From Patescibacteria group bacterium (GTDB lineage: Bacteria > Patescibacteriota > Patescibacteriia > 2-01-FULL-39-33): 32,000 nucleotides of DNA. The notes under the pieces were generated by a model that ran no database searches, was not told the origin of the DNA, and saw only the letters and a program-made list of their open reading frames with translations. This document shows, piece by piece, positions 26,035-32,000 of this stretch (position 1 is its first letter; every line of letters begins with the position of its first letter). The stretch is from NCBI GenBank assembly GCA_041662745.1, contig JBAZRV010000007.1, positions 9,180 through 41,179 on the forward strand, given 5' to 3'. The translations under genes and the position numbers were made by a program.

Positions 26035-28083
26035 TCATAAAGGCAACTTTTCTTTCTGCTCCCTGATATAACCGACTTCATCATCGCATATCGGACAATA
26101 ACGATGTTCACCGGGTAAATAGCCGTGCTTGGGGCAAATAGAGAAAGTCGGCGTCAAAGTATAATAGGGCAGATGAAAACTCTCGGCAACTTTCTTTACT
26201 AAATTTTTAGTGCTTTCAATATCGGGCATCTTCTCTCCCAAAAAAATGTGAACGACAGTACCGCCGGTATATTTTATTTGCAGACTATCCTGCTTCTCCA
26301 AAACATCAAAAATATCGGTAGAATAATTAACTGGAAAATGACTTGAATTAGTGTAATAAGGCGCTGCCCCGCGTTCTTTATATTGCCCTTCATTGGCGAC
26401 TAAAATATCAGGATAAAGCTCTTTATCTCTCTTAGCAAAACGATAAGTCGCTCCCTCGGCCGGCGTGGCCTCTAAATTATATAACTGATCATCCTCCTCT
26501 TGAAATGTGGCTAATCGCTGTAACATGAAATCCATCATTTTACTGGCTAATTCTCCCCCTTCTTTGGAGCTCAGAGGCTTGCCCAAAAAATTTAAAACTG
26601 CTTCGTTCATGCCGTTAATACCCACAGTATTGAAATGATTACGCCAATACTGACCGAAACGCTCCTTAATATCATCTAAAAAATAGCGGGAGTAGGGATA
26701 CAAACCCATTTCAGTAAAATTTTCCAAGATTACCCTTTTTAATTTCAATGATTGGCGGGCCAAATCCATTACCTGGGCTAAACGCGAAAAAAGCATTTCT
26801 TCATTGCCCTTTGATAAATAGCCGATGCGAGGCAAATTAACCGTCACCACGCCCACCGAACCGGTTAAGGGGTTGGCGGCAAACATACCGCCGCCGCGCT
26901 TGCGCAGTTCGCGGTTATCCAAACGCAACCGGCAACACATGGAGCGGGCATCCTCGGCCTTCATGTCCGAATTGATAAAATTAGCAAAGTACGGTATGCC
27001 ATATTTGGCGGTCATCTCCCAAATCGGATTAAGCACTTCGTTGCTCCAATTAAAGTCTTTAGAGATATTGTAAGTTGGGATGGGAAAAGTAAAAACGCGG
27101 CCGCGAGAATCGCCCTCCATCATCACTTCGGCAAAAGCACGATTAATCAAATCCATTTCCCGCTGGAATTCCTTATAAGTCTCACGTTGCGGAATGCCGC
27201 CGATCAAAACCGGTTCATTGGCCAAGGTTGAGGGACAAACCAAATCAAAAGTTAAATTAGTAAACGGCGTTTGAAACCCTACCCGAGTCGGTACATTCAT
27301 ATTAAACACAAACTCTTGCATGGACTGCTTAACTTGATTATACTCCAATCCCTCATAGCGGATAAAGGGGGCTAGCAGGGTGTCAAAATTGGCAAAGGCT
27401 TGGGCGCCGGCCGCCTCTCCTTGCAAAGTATAAAAAAAGTTAACAACCTGCCCCAAAGCCACACGGAAACGTTTAGGCGGCTTGCTCTGCACCTTGCCTT
27501 CCACGCCGCCAAAACCCAATCGTAATAAAGCCTGCAAATCCCAACCGCAACAATAAACGGCCAAAAGCTGAAGGTCATGAATATGCATCGTACCGTCATT
27601 ATGAGCATTTCTAATTTCCGGCGGATAAATCTTATTAAGCCAATAATGGGAAGAGACTGCCGAAGCCACATGATTGTTCAATCCCTGCAAAGAATAAGCC
27701 ATGTTGGCATTTTCCTTGACGCGCCAATCAATCTTGTTCAAATAACCCTCAATAATATCATTGGAATTAAGCAACTTTTTTAGTTCGCGCAAACGGGAGT
27801 GTTGTTCGCGATAAATAATATAAGCCTTAGCCGCCTTGACCAAATCATCCTTAATCAAAACTTCTTCTACAACATCCTGTATTTCTTCAATTGCCGGTAT
27901 GGACCGCGGATGGAACTTGCCATTAATGATATGCACTACTTTATCGGATAGAACCTGCGTCAAGTCTTGGTCGTCGCGTCCCACTGCTACTAACACTTTA
28001 TATAAAGCGGCGGTAATTTTTTTCTGATCAAAGTCAGCGATGTCGCCATTGCGCTTCCTTACTTGTTTAATCTGCGTTTCCAT
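26035..28083 (-). CDS. nrdD: Anaerobic ribonucleoside-triphosphate reductase, large part (ATP-cone, catalytic barrel, Zn-finger)
   Basis: N-terminal ATP cone KRNGDIADFDQKKITAAL; NDGTMHIHDL; YTLTPTFSICPKHGYLPGEHRYCPICDDE; lacks the RVxGY motif. Confidence 0.95.
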   Translation of the reverse strand: METQIKQVRKRNGDIADFDQKKITAALYKVLVAVGRDDQDLTQVLSDKVVHIINGKFHPRSIPAIEEIQDVVEEVLIKDDLVKAAKAYIIYREQHSRLRELKKLLNSNDIIEGYLNKIDWRVKENANMAYSLQGLNNHVASAVSSHYWLNKIYPPEIRNAHNDGTMHIHDLQLLAVYCCGWDLQALLRLGFGGVEGKVQSKPPKRFRVALGQVVNFFYTLQGEAAGAQAFANFDTLLAPFIRYEGLEYNQVKQSMQEFVFNMNVPTRVGFQTPFTNLTFDLVCPSTLANEPVLIGGIPQRETYKEFQREMDLINRAFAEVMMEGDSRGRVFTFPIPTYNISKDFNWSNEVLNPIWEMTAKYGIPYFANFINSDMKAEDARSMCCRLRLDNRELRKRGGGMFAANPLTGSVGVVTVNLPRIGYLSKGNEEMLFSRLAQVMDLARQSLKLKRVILENFTEMGLYPYSRYFLDDIKERFGQYWRNHFNTVGINGMNEAVLNFLGKPLSSKEGGELASKMMDFMLQRLATFQEEDDQLYNLEATPAEGATYRFAKRDKELYPDILVANEGQYKERGAAPYYTNSSHFPVNYSTDIFDVLEKQDSLQIKYTGGTVVHIFLGEKMPDIESTKNLVKKVAESFHLPYYTLTPTFSICPKHGYLPGEHRYCPICDDEVGYIREQKEKLPL

Positions 28084-28176
28084 TTATTCTATATTTCATA
28101 AATTAATAAAAAACACAGGCACGAAGCCAAAAAAGCATGGGTTGTTTTTGGTCTTGCAAAACCTGTCGTTGCTATA

Positions 28177-28205
28177 ATTATACCTTCAGTCAACAGGTGT
28201 GTCAA
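28177..28205 (-). promoter_or_regulatory. Perfect sigma70-type promoter TTGACA-17-TATAAT for nrdD
   Basis: Minus-strand ttgaca (28205-28200), 17 nt, tataat (28182-28177), about 95 nt upstream of nrdD. Confidence 0.88.
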
Positions 28206-28338
28206 AACGTTTATTTTAAAGGGTTTTTTAATAATTTTTAAAAAAAATCCAGCCTTATCCACAGGCCGGATTTATAAAAAATATTTTATATTTTTTGTCT
28301 ATTTTTAAGCCCCTAAAATGTTACCTAAATTTAGACGA

Positions 28339-29682
28339 TTATTTCATTTTTTTTCGTAAAAAAGTGGGGATCTCCAAATCTTCATCTTCTCCTTCATCCA
28401 AAACTCGATTGACCCTGGTCGGAGAAGAAATTGGCATGATTTCCGGCTCTTCCGAATCCATCTCTTCCATATTCGACTGATCTGCTTCTGTTTCAGTATT
28501 GATTTTATCTTTAATTAGTGATTTTGCCCCCCAAAAGCTTCGTTTTTCCATTCCGGCATCATCCGTTAACGATTTGACCTTCACTACCGTTTCCTGATTA
28601 GAGCGACTAAAGGAATTTTTGGTTATTTTTATCTCTTCATCGGCATTTTTGGGGCTTTTATCGACGAAAATGGAATTTAACTTGTTTTTTAAGGGATTAT
28701 TTCGATTACTATCGCTCCTGATTCCGTCACCAAAGCCGGTAGCCAACAGAGTAACCCTGATCTTATCCTTCATTCCCTCGTCAATATTAGCGCCAAAAAT
28801 AATCTTAGCATTTTCATCCGCCCCCTTAGTAATGACATCGGCTATTTCCCCCACTTCCGACATAGTCAAGCTGGGCCCGCCGGTAATCACGAATAGAATG
28901 CCTTTCGCGCCCTCAATGGAGAGATCCAATAAAGGGGAAGATATGGCCATACGAGCGGCCATCTGCGATCGAGTTTCACCGCTGCTTTCTCCAATAGACA
29001 TCAAAGCGGAACCAGCCTCCTTCATAATCGCCTTAACGTCGGCAAAGTCAACATTTATCAAGGCTGGTACAGTAATAATTTCCGAAATTCCCTGAATGCC
29101 CTGGCGTAATATATCATCTATCGCCTTAAAGGCGTCAACCATGGAGGTCTTTTGATCGATAATTTGGCTTACCTTATCGTTAGGTATGGTGATAATGGCA
29201 TCAACGTTCTGTGACAGCACTTCCAAACCATCCTCAGCGATCTGTTGGCGTTTTTTGCCTTCAAACGTAAAGGGTTTGGTTACAACAGCCACCACCAGCG
29301 CCCCCAACTCTTTGGCAATTTGCGCCACTACCGGCGAAGCGCCCGTACCGGTACCGCCACCCAGGCCGCAAGTAATAAATACCATATCCGAACCGCGTAA
29401 AAGTTCGCGGATTTCGGCGGCATTTTCTTGAGCTGCTGATAAGCCGACTTCCGGATTCATCCCCGCGCCCAAACCGCGGGTCAATTTTTGTCCAATAGGC
29501 AACTTATGTTTGCGATCGGCTAAATTATGATGCAGAGCCTGCAAATCAGTATTAACAGCTATAAAATCAACGCCCCTGATTTTAGCGGTGACCATTCGAT
29601 TGATTGCCGACCCTCCCGATCCTCCTACGCCCACCACCCGAATCTTAGCGATGGTTTCAATTTCCGGTTTGATTTCAGGCAT
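28339..29682 (-). CDS. ftsZ: Cell division protein FtsZ
   Basis: GLGGGTGTGASPVVAQIAKE tubulin signature; C-terminal tail DLEIPTFLRKKMK. Confidence 0.98.
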   Translation of the reverse strand: MPEIKPEIETIAKIRVVGVGGSGGSAINRMVTAKIRGVDFIAVNTDLQALHHNLADRKHKLPIGQKLTRGLGAGMNPEVGLSAAQENAAEIRELLRGSDMVFITCGLGGGTGTGASPVVAQIAKELGALVVAVVTKPFTFEGKKRQQIAEDGLEVLSQNVDAIITIPNDKVSQIIDQKTSMVDAFKAIDDILRQGIQGISEIITVPALINVDFADVKAIMKEAGSALMSIGESSGETRSQMAARMAISSPLLDLSIEGAKGILFVITGGPSLTMSEVGEIADVITKGADENAKIIFGANIDEGMKDKIRVTLLATGFGDGIRSDSNRNNPLKNKLNSIFVDKSPKNADEEIKITKNSFSRSNQETVVKVKSLTDDAGMEKRSFWGAKSLIKDKINTETEADQSNMEEMDSEEPEIMPISSPTRVNRVLDEGEDEDLEIPTFLRKKMK

Positions 29683-29700
29683 AATTATTTAATAAAACGA

Positions 29701-30474
29701 TTATTGTTCTAATTTAAAATTATTCAAAAATATCACAAAAAACTGAGCTAATTGCTGATTTAAAGCTGGCGCAGTCAAGGATACGGTAAAGACATTTTTA
29801 TCGCTTAATACGTAAGCGGTATAAGCGCTAAGATCAGCTGCCAAAAGTTTCTGTTCGCGAATAATCAAGGGTTGGCCGCCTAAAGTGCCGGAAGTAGAGG
29901 TTACTACTTCTATTGAGGGCTTGCCTTCCCAGGCCTTAGCTGAAGTTTTATCCAAGTCAGCCAAATATTTATCCAAACTGACAGCGGTCGGTTCGTAATA
30001 AATAAACATTTGCGTATCAGTGGCTGTAGAGCTATAGATTCTCAAGATTTCGCCGTTTCGTTCTACAACTAAACCGTCAGGATAACGAAAAGAAAATAAA
30101 GTGGAAGAAACTGCCGTCGAACTTGATCTGACTAAAAAATCATAACTCTGCCAATCGGCGGCCGGATCAATCGGAGCTGCCGTCTGATCTGCCGAAACAT
30201 CAGAATCTTGAACATCGGCCACGACATCAGCACCAGCATCACTAGCATCAAACGGCTGATGATTCATAAAATAATAACCGGCAACCAGGGCTCCAATGAT
30301 AATGATGATGATTACCAATACCGTAATCAATGGGCCGACCCCGCCAGATGTTGACGGTTCCGACCGACGATAAGTAGCTGGAATATTTTGAGGCATTTCG
30401 TAGGGATCAATAACGCCATTAAGTTTTTTTCTTGACGCGAGTTTTTTGGGCATGGTTTTAGGCATACTAGGCAT
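29701..30474 (-). CDS. Bitopic membrane protein encoded between ftsA and ftsZ, unknown function
   Basis: Basic/Pro-rich N-terminus, TM GPLITVLVIIIIIIGALVAGYYF, extracytoplasmic domain of about 170 aa. Confidence 0.8.
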   Translation of the reverse strand: MPSMPKTMPKKLASRKKLNGVIDPYEMPQNIPATYRRSEPSTSGGVGPLITVLVIIIIIIGALVAGYYFMNHQPFDASDAGADVVADVQDSDVSADQTAAPIDPAADWQSYDFLVRSSSTAVSSTLFSFRYPDGLVVERNGEILRIYSSTATDTQMFIYYEPTAVSLDKYLADLDKTSAKAWEGKPSIEVVTSTSGTLGGQPLIIREQKLLAADLSAYTAYVLSDKNVFTVSLTAPALNQQLAQFFVIFLNNFKLEQ

Positions 30475-30489
30475 ACGTTTACTTTTAAA

Positions 30490-31740
30490 TTATGGTAAGA
30501 GAGTTTTAAAAATATTTTTAATCTTTCCAATTGCTCCGCTGACGGCCGGGCCATTCCAAGAAAAATTCCTGGCATGGCCGAGATTACTGCCGGTCAAATG
30601 GTCTCCCCAAAGCACTAAGCCGATAGCGGCGGTAAAAGCCGGATCGGAAGCGCGATCCAGAGCCGAAACCAAATCATGCGGGTAACCGATAGACGCGGGC
30701 AAACGCAACGACCGCTTGGCCGCCTCAATAATGCCATCAATTTTTGCGCCACCGCCGGTAATGACAGCTCCGGCCGGCAACATGCCGGATTTGCCGATTT
30801 TTTTAAGTTCACGATCAACTCGTTCAAAAATTTCCTCCACGCGCATACTGATAACTTGGGCTATTTCTCGTTTGCTGAACGTACCCTCTTCCATGCCGCC
30901 GACAGCGGCAAACTTTACTTCTTCCTGGCGCTTGACCTCTTTATAAGAACAACTACCCTCGCGAACTTTTATTTTCTCTGCGGTTTCGGCGGAAATCTGC
31001 GAATATAAGGCAATATCTGAAGTTATATAATCGGAGCCCAGAGGAATAACGGACGTATGCAATAAATCGCCCTCCTCAAAAACAGCCAGGGAAGTGGTTT
31101 TACCGCCTAAATTCACTACTACCACTCCCATTTCTTTTTGTTTAGCGGTCAAAACGCACTCAGCGGCAGCAAGAATTGATAAAACCAGATCATCAATATT
31201 TAATTTGGTACGATAAACGCAATTGCTTAAGTTCTTTATCTGGGCGGATTGTCCTTGAATAATCTGCGCATCAACTTCCAAGCGAATACCAGTCATGCCA
31301 ACCGGATCTTTAATGCCGACTTGCTGATCAACGGTAAAACTTTTAGGAATAACATGCAAAATCTCATAATTCGGAGGCGAGGCCACGGCCTTAGCGGCCT
31401 CAATTACCCGATCAACATCTGAATAAGTTATTTCACCGTTGCTTTTGGAAACAGCGACAACGCCATGTGACTCGGTAGTTACAATATGACTGCCGTTAAT
31501 TCCAACCCAAGCATGTTCAATCGGCTGACCGATCATACGCTCAGCTCGTTCAATGACGGCAGAGATGGAAGAAATAGCGTCTTCGGAACCGACAATAACC
31601 CCCTTGGAAATTCCAGCGGAAGGTCCTTCAACCGCGCCGATGATTCTTATCTTAATGTCGTTTTTGGAACGTTCTCCCACCGCGATCCTAATGGCGGTCG
31701 AACCGATATCCAATCCGGTGATCAAATGGCTTTTGGGCAT
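30490..31740 (-). CDS. ftsA: Cell division protein FtsA
   Basis: LITGLDIGSTAIRIAVGE...AWVGINGSHI...VVNLGGKTTSLAVFEEGDL...GAVITGGGAKIDGI. Confidence 0.95.
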   Translation of the reverse strand: MPKSHLITGLDIGSTAIRIAVGERSKNDIKIRIIGAVEGPSAGISKGVIVGSEDAISSISAVIERAERMIGQPIEHAWVGINGSHIVTTESHGVVAVSKSNGEITYSDVDRVIEAAKAVASPPNYEILHVIPKSFTVDQQVGIKDPVGMTGIRLEVDAQIIQGQSAQIKNLSNCVYRTKLNIDDLVLSILAAAECVLTAKQKEMGVVVVNLGGKTTSLAVFEEGDLLHTSVIPLGSDYITSDIALYSQISAETAEKIKVREGSCSYKEVKRQEEVKFAAVGGMEEGTFSKREIAQVISMRVEEIFERVDRELKKIGKSGMLPAGAVITGGGAKIDGIIEAAKRSLRLPASIGYPHDLVSALDRASDPAFTAAIGLVLWGDHLTGSNLGHARNFSWNGPAVSGAIGKIKNIFKTLLP

Positions 31741-31760
31741 GAGTATTTTTAACTTGGTTA

Positions 31761-31789
31761 ATTATAACAAATACTGGCTTCAAGAGCAA
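31761..31789 (-). promoter_or_regulatory. Candidate ftsA promoter TTGCTC-17-TATAAT
   Basis: Minus-strand hexamers with a 17-nt spacer, just upstream of the ftsA start. Confidence 0.5.
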
Positions 31790-31796
31790 GAAGCAA

Positions 31797-31817
31797 CTGA
31801 ACACAATTTGTGTTCAG
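31797..31817. repeat. 21-bp palindrome CTGAACACAA-T-TTGTGTTCAG
   Basis: Perfect 10-bp arms around one central base, overlapping the ybeY stop codon. Confidence 0.9.
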
Positions 31818-32000
31818 CATTTCCTGCCCGTCAGCTTTAGATTATTCTTTAATACTTTAGATTCAAACTTCTCCATCCGCTGACGCGCAGCAACCGGGAC
31901 ATGCTCATGCTCATAGCCGATTAAATGGGCCAATCCATGGACTAATAATCTAACAATTTCTTGATCCAAACTCCAGCCGTATGTTTGAGCCTGATCTTTG
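31814..32000 (-). CDS. ybeY: Endoribonuclease YbeY (partial, C-terminal part)
   Basis: Minus-strand translation EIVRLLVHGLAHLIGYEHEH...; HGxxHLxGYxH zinc motif. Confidence 0.85.
   Translation of the reverse strand, partial: KDQAQTYGWSLDQEIVRLLVHGLAHLIGYEHEHVPVAARQRMEKFESKVLKNNLKLTGRKC

Noticed and set aside
1-32000. Search for tRNA or rRNA genes
   Set aside because: No cloverleaf with TTCGAAT-type arms or rRNA-like sequence recognised in the spacers by eye; a tRNAscan-SE/Infernal run would be needed to exclude them.

Overview
The window reads as a chromosomal, mostly minus-strand segment of a Patescibacteria/CPR-like genome (an inference from gene content, spacing and protein style). It contains the S10 operon (tuf-rpsJ-rplC-rplD-rplW-rplB-rpsS-rplV-rpsC), valS, the str operon (rpsL-rpsG-...-fusA), a GNAT acetyltransferase, an M50 protease, plus-strand rpmB, ndk, a response regulator, ComEC functions split over two genes, prfB with a canonical +1 programmed frameshift, nrdD/nrdG, ftsZ-X-ftsA and a partial ybeY. 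No CRISPR array, transposon or tRNA was recognised. The most notable candidates are: (1) a tandemly duplicated two-gene cassette (four small related ORFs) inserted between rpsG and fusA, with both cassettes bounded by conserved non-coding elements, including a 59-bp direct repeat (58/59) carrying a hairpin; (2) an apparently split class III ribonucleotide reductase, in which the glycyl-radical C-terminal segment (SRVVGYIRPVDQWNPGKQSEF) is a separate 56-aa ORF between nrdD and nrdG; (3) long leaders with attenuator-like hairpins in front of rplC and rpsL; (4) two orphan plus-strand genes, each with its own sigma70-type promoter and terminator, flanking valS; (5) a protein with two GspF/PilC-type cytoplasmic domains and no transmembrane segments.
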